UHGV virus genome: UHGV-0060032
Source: a virus
DNA length: 14,617 nucleotides
Strand: one strand, 5' to 3'
The notes beneath the pieces were generated by a model. The model did not search any database. It saw only the letters and a list, made by a program, of their open reading frames with translations, and was not told the DNA's origin. Below are positions 6,939-14,617 of this stretch, one piece after another. Each line of letters begins with the position of its first letter. Position 1 is the first letter of the stretch. The position numbers and the translations under genes are program-made.

Positions 6939-7262
6939 ATGAAAATGCCATACAAACAAGATTTCATCGCTGCGCTACTTGCCGCCAAGGAGCAGGGTAT
7001 TGGTGCAATGCTGGCTTTTATCATGGCGTATCTGCGTGGTCGCTATAACGGCGGCGCGGTAACAAAAACGCTAATTGATGCGCTGATGTGCGCGATGATT
7101 GCCTGGTTCGTTCGTGACCTTCTGGACTTTATCGGCCTGAGCAGCAACCTCGCCTACATAGCCAGCGTCTTTATTGGATACATCGGCACCGATTCGATCG
7201 GCAATCTTATTAAAAAACTTGCAGCAAAAAAGGCGGGAGTTGACGATGCAAACCAGTCCTGA
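6939..7262 (+). CDS. Class I holin, lambda S-like, with dual-start motif
   Basis: 107 aa from ATG 6939; begins [27 protein letters not shown]..., near-identical in pattern to lambda S including the Met-Lys-Met dual start (second ATG at 6945). Confidence 0.85.
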   Translation: MKMPYKQDFIAALLAAKEQGIGAMLAFIMAYLRGRYNGGAVTKTLIDALMCAMIAWFVRDLLDFIGLSSNLAYIASVFIGYIGTDSIGNLIKKLAAKKAGVDDANQS

Positions 7263-7695
7263 CGGAATTGCTCTGATAAAAAAATTTGAAGGTTGTCGGC
7301 TGACTGCTTACCCCGACCCCGGAACGGGAGATGCGCCGTGGACCATCGGCTATGGCTGGACCCATCCGGTTGACGGAAAGCCAGTAAAGCGCGGTATGAC
7401 TATCGACCAGCAAACCGCTGACAGGCTTCTGAAAACAGGGCTTGTTGGTTATGAGAATGACGTGCTGAAAGTTGTCAGGGTGAAGCTGACACAAGGCCAG
7501 TTCGACGCACTGGTGTCGTTCGCTTACAACGTTGGGTCGCGTGCTCTTTCCACATCTACACTGCTGAAAAAGCTGAATGCTGGCGATATAAAAGGCGCGG
7601 CAGATGAATTTCTGCGCTGGAATAAATCAGGCGGAAAGGTGATGCCGGGGCTCACGAATCGCCGCAAGGCAGAGCGAGCTCTGTTCCTGTCATGA
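7246..7695 (+). CDS. Endolysin, lysozyme (glycoside hydrolase family 24, P22 gp19-like)
   Basis: 149 aa from ATG 7246; [33 protein letters not shown] and C-terminal [11 protein letters not shown] typical of T4/P22-type lysozymes; overlaps holin end. Confidence 0.85.
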   Translation: MQTSPDGIALIKKFEGCRLTAYPDPGTGDAPWTIGYGWTHPVDGKPVKRGMTIDQQTADRLLKTGLVGYENDVLKVVRVKLTQGQFDALVSFAYNVGSRALSTSTLLKKLNAGDIKGAADEFLRWNKSGGKVMPGLTNRRKAERALFLS

Positions 7696-8159
7696 TTAGC
7701 GCACTGGTTAAGCGTTACTGGCTGCAGTTGCTGGTGCTGGCGTTAATCGGCGCACTGGCTTTCTTCGTGAACCACTACCGCGACAACGCCATCACTTACA
7801 GAGACCAGCGCGATAAGGCCACTGAGAAACTCCTCCTGGCGACCGCCACCATTAAAGACATGCAGACCCGCCAGCGTGATGTCGCTGCACTGGATGCCAA
7901 ATACACCGGAGAACTGGCTGATGCGAAAGAAACCATTGAGCGTCTGCATAGCGATGTCATTGCTGGCCGTAAGCGGCTGCAAGTCGCCGCCACCTGTGCA
8001 AAGTCAACGACCGGAGCCAGCGGCATGGGCGATGGAGAAAGCCCAAGACTTACAGCAGATGCTGAACTCAATTATTACCGTCTCCGAAGTGGAATCGACA
8101 AGATAACCGCGCAGGTTAACTACCTGCAGGAGTACATCAGGACGCAATGCCTGAAATAA
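7692..8159 (+). CDS. Rz-like i-spanin
   Basis: 155 aa; N-terminal transmembrane segment [17 protein letters not shown] then charged coiled-coil-like region; ATGA overlap with lysozyme stop; contains Rz1 in the +1 frame. Confidence 0.8.
   Translation: MISALVKRYWLQLLVLALIGALAFFVNHYRDNAITYRDQRDKATEKLLLATATIKDMQTRQRDVAALDAKYTGELADAKETIERLHSDVIAGRKRLQVAATCAKSTTGASGMGDGESPRLTADAELNYYRLRSGIDKITAQVNYLQEYIRTQCLK
7921..8106 (+). CDS. Rz1-like o-spanin (outer-membrane lipoprotein) embedded within Rz
   Basis: 61 aa from ATG 7921: [20 protein letters not shown] (signal peptide plus lipobox Cys) followed by proline-rich [13 protein letters not shown]; fully nested in Rz. Confidence 0.75.
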   Translation: MRKKPLSVCIAMSLLAVSGCKSPPPVQSQRPEPAAWAMEKAQDLQQMLNSIITVSEVESTR

Positions 8160-8192
8160 TTTTTTTTGCAAATCACAAAGTCCATTTAATGA

Positions 8193-8216
8193 GCCTCGCG
8201 ATGCGGGGCTTTTTTA
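8193..8216 (+). terminator. Rho-independent terminator-like hairpin after the lysis cassette
   Basis: GCCTCGC (8193-8199), loop GAT, GCGGGGC (8203-8209, one G-U pair), followed by TTTTTT. Confidence 0.6.
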
Positions 8217-8359
8217 CATCTGAATTTCACAGCGCATCTCACGCGCATATTACCACTCAGAACCTTTCAGGATGACCCTTGAGGATACCGGCTGGCTGTC
8301 GGAGCATCTGAGGGCCGGATTTCCTGTGAGACAAGGTTCATCACTAAAAGGTAAATCCG

Positions 8360-8911
8360 ATGAATGATATTTCTATCGAATATCTGAAAGAAGCACTGGA
8401 ATACGCACCAGATACTGGTGTTATCCGTTGGAAGCAGCGACCAAAAATTCATTTTAAGACCGAAAATTCTTGGCGGGCGACCAATGCTAATTTTGCTGGA
8501 AAAGTAGCAGGCGCACGTGATAGCGATGGATATTTGCGTATCGGGATATGCGGCCGGTTATATAGATCTCATCGTGTAGCCTGGGCGTTACATTACGGCT
8601 ACTGGCCTGATAATGAGATTGATCACATTTCAGGCGATAGGAGTGATAACCGCATAGACAACTTGCGATCAGTAACTTCGGCAGCCAATAGCAAAAATTT
8701 GCGCCTTTACTCCACAAATAAAACCGGTATCCCAGGAGTAGGTTGGTATAAAGCGCGGGGAAAGTGGAGAGCAAAGATAAACGTCTCTGGGAAGGTGAAG
8801 CATATTGGTTACTTCGATGATTTCCGTGAAGCGGTGAAAGCAAGAAAGGCTGCCGAGATGCAGTTGCAATATCACAAAAATCACGGAACCAGAGACAGGC
8901 TCACTTTCTAA
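8360..8911 (+). CDS. HNH endonuclease with C-terminal AP2-like DNA-binding region
   Basis: 183 aa; HNH core HRVAWALHYGYWPDNEIDHISGDRSDNRIDNLR; C-terminal GIPGVGWYKARGKWRAKINVSGKVKHIGYFDDFREA resembles AP2 domains of phage endonucleases. Confidence 0.75.
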   Translation: MNDISIEYLKEALEYAPDTGVIRWKQRPKIHFKTENSWRATNANFAGKVAGARDSDGYLRIGICGRLYRSHRVAWALHYGYWPDNEIDHISGDRSDNRIDNLRSVTSAANSKNLRLYSTNKTGIPGVGWYKARGKWRAKINVSGKVKHIGYFDDFREAVKARKAAEMQLQYHKNHGTRDRLTF

Positions 8912-8925
8912 AAGGTAAAGACGCT

Positions 8926-9450
8926 ATGAATAATCATTCAGTTATTCCATCCTTCGACTTCCGAGAAATGGTGCAAGCCAAAAACGGAGAGGTCGTTACC
9001 ACATCCAGAAAAATTGCCAAGTACTTCGGCAAGCGACACGGTGATGTTCTCAGGAAAATCGAGCAGGTTAAGGCTGATTGCTCGCGTGAGTTTAGCCAAC
9101 GCAATTTTGCGTCGGCTGATTATATCGATGAGCAGGGCAAGGTTCGCCCGATGTACAGCCTGACGAAAGATGGCTGGATCATGGTTGTGATGGGGTTCAC
9201 CGGGAAAGCTGCTGCGGCAATCAAGGAGAGCTATATCGCAGCATTCAACTGGATGGCAGAGCAGCTAAACCGGCGCATGGCGATGGGTGAAGAATTGCAG
9301 CATCGCTACGCCATCAAAGAAACGCGCTCAAAGCTGAAAGGCACGTTCGGAAGCCGTTTGATGAACGAGCGGAAGAAAGAGAAGCGCGTCCTGGAGCTCG
9401 AACATGAGCACATCATGCAGGTAACGCAGCCGGAATTACTTATTGGCTGA
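8926..9450 (+). CDS. Phage regulatory protein Rha family
   Basis: 174 aa; VVTTSRKIAKYFGKRHGDVLRKIEQV...MYSLTKDGWIMVVMGF matches the Rha-domain pattern as I recall it. Confidence 0.65.
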   Translation: MNNHSVIPSFDFREMVQAKNGEVVTTSRKIAKYFGKRHGDVLRKIEQVKADCSREFSQRNFASADYIDEQGKVRPMYSLTKDGWIMVVMGFTGKAAAAIKESYIAAFNWMAEQLNRRMAMGEELQHRYAIKETRSKLKGTFGSRLMNERKKEKRVLELEHEHIMQVTQPELLIG

Positions 9451-9510
9451 TCGCGGCATTACAGAAGCCCTTCATTGAGGGGCTTCGATAATGGAGCACT
9501 GGAATTATTC

Positions 9511-10131
9511 ATGAACAGACCACACCCACCAGCGCATTTTACGATGCCACCTGACCCGAAGCCGTACATCAGCATTATGCCCGCTAATGACGTTGGCGAG
9601 TGGCTGAATCAGCACATCCTGAGCGATGAGGGTGACCTCTACAACCATGACCACCAGCATTTGCTTGAAGCGGATCTGTGCTTTCTCTGGGCATCGAACG
9701 CTTTCGAGAAGAAAGGGCGTTCCGTGCTGGGGCAGGCGGAAGAAGTGGCAATGCGGGCCGGAGGCTGGCAGAAAGCGCGGATGGAGCAGCAGATGTATGA
9801 ATGGTTCGGCAGGGTGCCGCAGTTCATCATCACGCTGGCCGCCGATTACTGCTCGCAATGTTCCGATCTGGAATTCTGCGCGCTGATAGAGCACGAGCTT
9901 TATCACATCTGCCAAGCGACAGATGAATTTGGTGCGCCGAAGTTCACGCAGGAAGGGCAGCCAAAGCTGAAGCTGCGCGGCCATGACGTGGAAGAGTTTG
10001 TGGGCGTGGTTCGCCGTTACGGTGCGAGCCGGGACGTGCAGGAAATGATTGATGCGGCGAATCAGCCAGCGGAGGTTGCTCATCTCGATATTGCCAGAGC
10101 GTGCGGGACGTGCATGCTGCGACTGGCTTAA
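9511..10131 (+). CDS. Hypothetical HExxH-motif protein (putative zinc metallopeptidase-like)
   Basis: 206 aa from ATG 9511 (TTG 9475 or ATG 9544 also possible); HExxH motif in ALIEHELYHI preceded by CSQCSDLEFC; GC-rich codon usage like the packaging genes. Confidence 0.5.
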   Translation: MNRPHPPAHFTMPPDPKPYISIMPANDVGEWLNQHILSDEGDLYNHDHQHLLEADLCFLWASNAFEKKGRSVLGQAEEVAMRAGGWQKARMEQQMYEWFGRVPQFIITLAADYCSQCSDLEFCALIEHELYHICQATDEFGAPKFTQEGQPKLKLRGHDVEEFVGVVRRYGASRDVQEMIDAANQPAEVAHLDIARACGTCMLRLA

Positions 10132-10162
10132 ATACTGGACTGTATAAGACGAATGGTGATTT

Positions 10163-10636
10163 ATGGCTGCATTAAAACCTGATGTGAAAGCCTTCATCAT
10201 TCAGTCGCTTGCGTGCTATGACACGCCATCGCAGGTGGTCGAGGCTGTCCAAAAAGAATTCGGGATCAGGATCACCCGCCAGCAGGCTGAATCTCACGAC
10301 CCCACGAAGGCCAGCGGTAAGACGCTCGCCAAAAAGTGGATCGAGATGTTCCACGCGACGCGCGAACGGTTCCTGACCGAAACCAGCGACATTCCGATAG
10401 CGAACAAATCCTATCGCCTCCGCGTGCTTGACCGCATGGCAACCAAAACCGAGGGGATGAAAAACTTCTCCCTGACGGCGCAGCTTATCGAACAGGCCGC
10501 GAAAGAGGTTGGCGACGCTTACACCAATAAGCTGAAGGTTGAGAGCACTGGCAAGGATGGCGGCCCGATCAAGACCGAGACGACCAACCTCACCGCAGAT
10601 CAGGCCGCAGAGATTTACCGCAAGATGATGGGGTGA
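10163..10636 (+). CDS. Terminase small subunit (DUF2280-like)
   Basis: 157 aa; [35 protein letters not shown] resembles the DUF2280 putative small-terminase family as I recall it; directly upstream of and overlapping TerL. Confidence 0.6.
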   Translation: MAALKPDVKAFIIQSLACYDTPSQVVEAVQKEFGIRITRQQAESHDPTKASGKTLAKKWIEMFHATRERFLTETSDIPIANKSYRLRVLDRMATKTEGMKNFSLTAQLIEQAAKEVGDAYTNKLKVESTGKDGGPIKTETTNLTADQAAEIYRKMMG

Positions 10637-10638
10637 TC

Positions 10639-12261
10639 ATGCCTCTCCCGTTTGAATTCGATTTCAGAAACCCTGATTACCAGATGGTTTTTGAATGGCG
10701 GATGGAGCGCTTACAGCGCATTCGCCAGAACCCTGAAATGCTGCCAGCGCTAAAGCAGTTTTATCGCACCAACCCGGCACAGTTCATCATCGACTGGGGT
10801 ATGACTACTGACCCGCGTAACATCGATTATGGCCTGCCGGTCACCATCCCTTTTCTGCTGTTCCCGAAACAGGAAGAGTGGATTCACTGGATCATGGAGC
10901 GGCGCGAACGACTGGAGAACGGCATCACCGAAAAGAGCCGCGAAATGGGGCTCAGTTGGACCGCGATCGGGCTGGCCTGCTCGCTTTGTCTCTTCAACAA
11001 AGAAATGGTTATCGGTTTCGGCTCCCGTAAAGAGGAATACGTCGACAGCACCGGTGACCCGAAGGCGCTGTTCTGGAAGGCGCGAAAGTTCGTGGAAACA
11101 CTGCCCATCGAGTTTCGTGGTTCGTGGGACGAGAAGAAGCATGCGCCGTATATGCGCGTTGAGTTTCCCGATACTGGCGCGGTCATCAAAGGCGAGGCTG
11201 GCGACAATATCGGTCGTGGTGACCGTACCACGCTCTACCTGGTGGATGAAGCTGCATTCCTCCAGCGTCCTCTGTTGATTGATGCGGCGCTGTCGCAAAC
11301 CACCCGTTGCCGTATTGACCTGAGCTCGGTTAATGGCATGGCGAACCCGTTCGCGCAGAAGCGTCACGGCGGGAAGATACCGGTATTCACATTCCACTGG
11401 CGGGATGATCCTCGCAAGGATGAAGAGTGGTATCGCAGGGAGTGCGAGAAAATCGACAATCCGGTGGTGGTGGCGCAGGAACTTGACCTGAACTACAGCG
11501 CATCTGCGGAAGGCGTCCTGATCCCGTCCGACTGGGTACAGGCTGCCGTCGACGCGCATATCAAACTTGGTATTCAGCCAACGGGCAAGCGACTGGGCGC
11601 GATGGACGTCGCCGACGAAGGCCGGGACAAAAATGCCTTTTCGACCCGTCACGGCTTCCTTCTGGAGAACGTGCGTGAATGGTCCGGCGTGGGCAGCGAC
11701 ATTTACCAGTCCGTTGAGAAGGTCTTCGGCTTTTGCGAACAGGACAACCTCGAAGAATTTCGCTTCGACGAGGACGGCCTGGGCGCTGGCGTTCGCGGCG
11801 ATGCACGCGCCATCAACGAACTGCGTAACGCTGCGCGCCGACCGTCAATACTCGCCACACCGTTTCGTGGTAGCGGCGCGGTATTTGATCCGGACGATGA
11901 AGCGGTGCGCGGGGACAACGGACAGGCCGCACGCCTGAACAAGGACTTCTTCGCCAACGCCAAGGCCCAGAGCTGGTGGCATTTACGCAAGCTTTTCCAG
12001 AACACCTATCGCGCCGTGGTTGAGGGCATGGCCTACAACCCGGACGAAATCATCTCAATCAGCAGCGCCATGGCGAGCAAAGACAAACTCATCATCGAGC
12101 TGTCGCAGCCGACCTACTCCATTAATGGCGTGGGGAAAATCGTTGTTGATAAACAGCCTGATGGCACCAAGTCGCCGAACCTCGCCGACTCGGTGATGAT
12201 CAGCTACGCGCCAATGAATTCAGCCCTGAACATCTGGGAGCTGCTAGGGAGACAGGCCTGA
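10639..12261 (+). CDS. Terminase large subunit
   Basis: 540 aa from ATG 10639 (in-frame GTG at 10633); Walker-B-like [11 protein letters not shown]; size and position between TerS and portal; acidic C-terminal half consistent with a nuclease domain. Confidence 0.75.
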   Translation: MPLPFEFDFRNPDYQMVFEWRMERLQRIRQNPEMLPALKQFYRTNPAQFIIDWGMTTDPRNIDYGLPVTIPFLLFPKQEEWIHWIMERRERLENGITEKSREMGLSWTAIGLACSLCLFNKEMVIGFGSRKEEYVDSTGDPKALFWKARKFVETLPIEFRGSWDEKKHAPYMRVEFPDTGAVIKGEAGDNIGRGDRTTLYLVDEAAFLQRPLLIDAALSQTTRCRIDLSSVNGMANPFAQKRHGGKIPVFTFHWRDDPRKDEEWYRRECEKIDNPVVVAQELDLNYSASAEGVLIPSDWVQAAVDAHIKLGIQPTGKRLGAMDVADEGRDKNAFSTRHGFLLENVREWSGVGSDIYQSVEKVFGFCEQDNLEEFRFDEDGLGAGVRGDARAINELRNAARRPSILATPFRGSGAVFDPDDEAVRGDNGQAARLNKDFFANAKAQSWWHLRKLFQNTYRAVVEGMAYNPDEIISISSAMASKDKLIIELSQPTYSINGVGKIVVDKQPDGTKSPNLADSVMISYAPMNSALNIWELLGRQA

Positions 12262-13730
12262 TGGCACGAAACAAGCAATCCTCTCAGCGAACGGCACAGC
12301 CCACCGCTGACGGCTACGAGAACTTCGTCGCCCGTGTTGGGATGCAGACGCCTAACCAGCATTCAGCATCGACCTACCGGGCGAACTCCACCAGCCGCAA
12401 CCGCATGCTGGTGGAATGGTCATATCGCGGTTCGTGGGTTATCGGTGAAGCGGTCGACGCTATCCCGGACGATATGACCCGAAAGGGCATTCGCATCACT
12501 TCGGAGATTGACGCCAAAGACCGTGGCACCCTCGAAGCGCAACTGGATGAGTTGCAGATCTGGGATGCGCTGAACGACGTGCTGAAATGGTCGCGCCTCT
12601 ACGGCGGCGCGGTCGGCTTCATCATGATCGAGGGGCAAGCACCAATGACCCCGCTGCGACTCGAAACCATTGGCGAGGGCAAGTTTAAGGGCATTCTCCC
12701 GCTCGACCGCTGGATGATTAACCCGGTGCTGACACGCCGCATTAAAGAGATGGGGCCGGACCTCGGCAAGCCTGAGTTTTACGACGTGGTGACCACCGCA
12801 ACGGGCATTCCGGCCTGGCGCATCCATCACAGCCGCCTGATCCGCTTTGATGGCGTCACGCTGCCATTCCAGCAGAAGATGACCGAAAACGAATGGGGAA
12901 TGTCGGTTGTAGAGCGTATCTGGGATCGGCTTACTGCGTTCGATAGCGCTACTGTCGGCGCGGCGCAGCTGGTCTATAAAGCGCATCTGCGTACCTATAG
13001 CGTGGAGAAGTTGCGCGAGCTTATCGCGCTTGGAGGCCCGGCGTTCGAAGCGTTGCTGAAGAACATCGACCTGATCCGCCAGTTCCAGAGCAATGAAGGT
13101 ATGACGCTCATGGACTCGCGGGATAAGTTCGAAACCCACCAGTACAGCTTTAGTGGTCTGGATGACATTCTTTCGCAGTTTGCTGAGCAGATCAGCGGTG
13201 CCGTTGGTATCCCGCTGGTACGCCTGTTCGGTCAATCCCCGAAAGGCTTCTCTACTGGTGATGCAGACCTCGCCAACTATTACGACCGGGTGAGCTCATT
13301 GCAGGAGCGCCGCTTACGGCTGCCGATGCGCCGGATACTGGACATTATGCACCGCTCGGAACTCGGAAAGCCGCTGCCGGACGATTTCACGTTTGAGTTT
13401 AACCCGCTATGGCAAATGTCAGACGTTGACCGATCAACGGTGGCCGTAAACACCACCAACGCGATCAGTACCGCGCTGGGCGACGGATTGATGACGCGTA
13501 AGGCGGCGATGACCGACCTGCGCGAAAACTCTGACGTCACCGGCATCGGGGCATCCATTACCGACGAGGATATCGAGAATGCCGAAGACGAAGCGCCGCC
13601 AGGCATCGGCGAACTTGGCGACAAACCGCCAGAGTCGCCAGGCGGAGATCCGATATCGAACGAGCCTACGGCAGATAGCGCGGGCGGTCGGGGATATCGT
13701 AAATGGGCGCTACGATGGTTCAAACGATAG
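12261..13730 (+). CDS. Portal protein
   Basis: 489 aa; ATGA overlap with TerL stop; position after TerL and before a Mu-F-like gene (SPP1-type order); acidic low-complexity C-terminus. Confidence 0.7.
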   Translation: MARNKQSSQRTAQPTADGYENFVARVGMQTPNQHSASTYRANSTSRNRMLVEWSYRGSWVIGEAVDAIPDDMTRKGIRITSEIDAKDRGTLEAQLDELQIWDALNDVLKWSRLYGGAVGFIMIEGQAPMTPLRLETIGEGKFKGILPLDRWMINPVLTRRIKEMGPDLGKPEFYDVVTTATGIPAWRIHHSRLIRFDGVTLPFQQKMTENEWGMSVVERIWDRLTAFDSATVGAAQLVYKAHLRTYSVEKLRELIALGGPAFEALLKNIDLIRQFQSNEGMTLMDSRDKFETHQYSFSGLDDILSQFAEQISGAVGIPLVRLFGQSPKGFSTGDADLANYYDRVSSLQERRLRLPMRRILDIMHRSELGKPLPDDFTFEFNPLWQMSDVDRSTVAVNTTNAISTALGDGLMTRKAAMTDLRENSDVTGIGASITDEDIENAEDEAPPGIGELGDKPPESPGGDPISNEPTADSAGGRGYRKWALRWFKR

Positions 13731-14352
13731 CGTCACCGAAATAATGGATGCGCTGGAGCGCTACAGCGAAATCATCACCCCCTGGGCGACGAAGGTTGCT
13801 GAGAACTTCACCGCAGACATAGCGCGCCAGAATGAAAAGCAGTGGCGTCAGCACAGCCGGAACATCAGCGCAGAGCTGCGCAACATGGTTGACCGCGCCC
13901 CGGTAGGCCAGGTGATGAAATCCATCGTTGCCGAGCAAATTAAGTACATTAAATCGCTGCCTCTTGAGGCCGCCGATCGGGTGTATGACATTCAGAACAA
14001 AGCCATCGAGGCTGTTGTGACTGGTGGCCGCGCTGAGCCATTCGCGAAAGAGATAGCTGCTTCCGGTGACGTGTCACGCTCACGAGCGAACCTTATCGCC
14101 CGGACTGAGCTTGGGCGCGCAACCGGTGCACTGGATCAGGCGCGTGCGCTGTCAATCGGCTCGAATGGTTATATCTGGCGTACAGCCGAAGATGGCGACG
14201 TCCGGCATTCTCATCGAGAGATGGAAGGGAAGTTTGTCGAATGGGGCCGACCTCCAACGCTTGACGGCATGACCGGTCACGCCGGGGAGTTACCTAACTG
14301 CCGTTGCTACAAAGAAATCGTATTCCCGACACCTCATCCCTATCTCGCCTGA
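13579..14352 (+). CDS. Head morphogenesis protein (Mu F / SPP1 gp7 family)
   Basis: Conserved C-terminal region ANLIARTELGRATGALDQARALSIGSNGYIWRTAEDGDVRHSHREMEGK... typical of Mu-F-like proteins. Start is uncertain: ATG 13579 has a GAGGA RBS but overlaps portal by 152 nt; ATG 13744 is the alternative. Confidence 0.7.
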   Translation: MPKTKRRQASANLATNRQSRQAEIRYRTSLRQIARAVGDIVNGRYDGSNDSVTEIMDALERYSEIITPWATKVAENFTADIARQNEKQWRQHSRNISAELRNMVDRAPVGQVMKSIVAEQIKYIKSLPLEAADRVYDIQNKAIEAVVTGGRAEPFAKEIAASGDVSRSRANLIARTELGRATGALDQARALSIGSNGYIWRTAEDGDVRHSHREMEGKFVEWGRPPTLDGMTGHAGELPNCRCYKEIVFPTPHPYLA

Positions 14353-14366
14353 ATTGCAGGTAACCC

Positions 14367-14567
14367 ATGGAAAAAACAATCTATTTCCTGAAAGAACAGG
14401 CCAGCGAAGCTACGCGCATCACTGCTAAATACAATGGCGTAGAGGCTATTTATCAATCTGTTGGTGATAGAGCAAAGCGCTGCCAACTTATAGGTCGTGG
14501 TAATGCGCGTCAGATAAAGCATCTGCTGCGTGAGTTTATTAAATCCACTAAGGCGGCGGATGGATGA
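14367..14567 (+). CDS. Hypothetical small protein (66 aa)
   Basis: ORF just after the Mu-F-like gene, same strand; no recognisable family. Confidence 0.35.
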   Translation: MEKTIYFLKEQASEATRITAKYNGVEAIYQSVGDRAKRCQLIGRGNARQIKHLLREFIKSTKAADG

Positions 14568-14617
14568 AATATTTCTTCTACACCCGGCTGGGGGAAACCC
14601 GCTATCAGCTGGCTGAC
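14564..14617 (+). CDS. Hypothetical protein, 5' fragment truncated by window end
   Basis: ATG at 14564 overlaps the preceding stop (ATGA); reads MKYFFYTRLGETRYQLAD to the window edge. Confidence 0.3.
   Translation, partial: MKYFFYTRLGETRYQLAD

Noticed and set aside
6530-6939. Possible toxin or virulence cargo (Stx-like) between Q and the holin
   Set aside because: The interval is only about 400 bp and is fully accounted for by the promoter, two tRNAs and a terminator; there is no room for a toxin ORF.
9505-10200. 231-aa minus-strand ORF antisense to the HExxH gene
   Set aside because: Antisense to a GC-rich coding region, where long spurious ORFs are common; every supported gene in the window is on the + strand.
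10750-11652. 300-aa minus-strand ORF antisense to the large terminase
   Set aside because: Arg/Pro-rich composition typical of an antisense reading of GC-rich coding DNA; the terminase frame is supported by motifs and synteny.
12420-13235. 271-aa minus-strand ORF antisense to the portal gene
   Set aside because: Same reasoning: antisense to a GC-rich gene with strong positional support.
1-14617. CRISPR array, integrase, transposase or IS element
   Set aside because: No short direct-repeat/spacer array, no recombinase-like ORF and no terminal inverted repeats were seen; the only tandem repeats are the origin iterons.

Overview
This window reads as the early-right, late-regulatory, lysis and packaging segment of a lambdoid (lambda/P22/DLP12-like) enterobacterial prophage, with every credible gene on the + strand. 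In order: a Cro-like HTH protein, a lambda-identical nutR (boxA/boxB), a close CII homologue, an O-like initiator carrying the origin iterons, a DnaC-like helicase loader, a nin-type region (NinB, NinE-like, NinF-like, YbcO/DUF1364, RusA, NinH-like), antiterminator Q, a pR'-like late promoter, two phage-borne tRNAs (Asn-GUU, Thr-UGU), a strong terminator, the lysis cassette (lambda-S-like holin, lysozyme, Rz with embedded Rz1), then TerS, TerL, portal and a Mu-F-like head morphogenesis protein. Gene names rest on my recall of family sequences and on synteny; no database search was run. I could not identify a recognisable defence or toxin system. The best candidates for uncharacterised cargo are a three-gene block between Rz and TerS (HNH-AP2 endonuclease, Rha regulator, HExxH-motif protein), a Rha/KilAC antirepressor-like gene inserted in the nin region, and several small unassigned ORFs between the loader gene and ninB.
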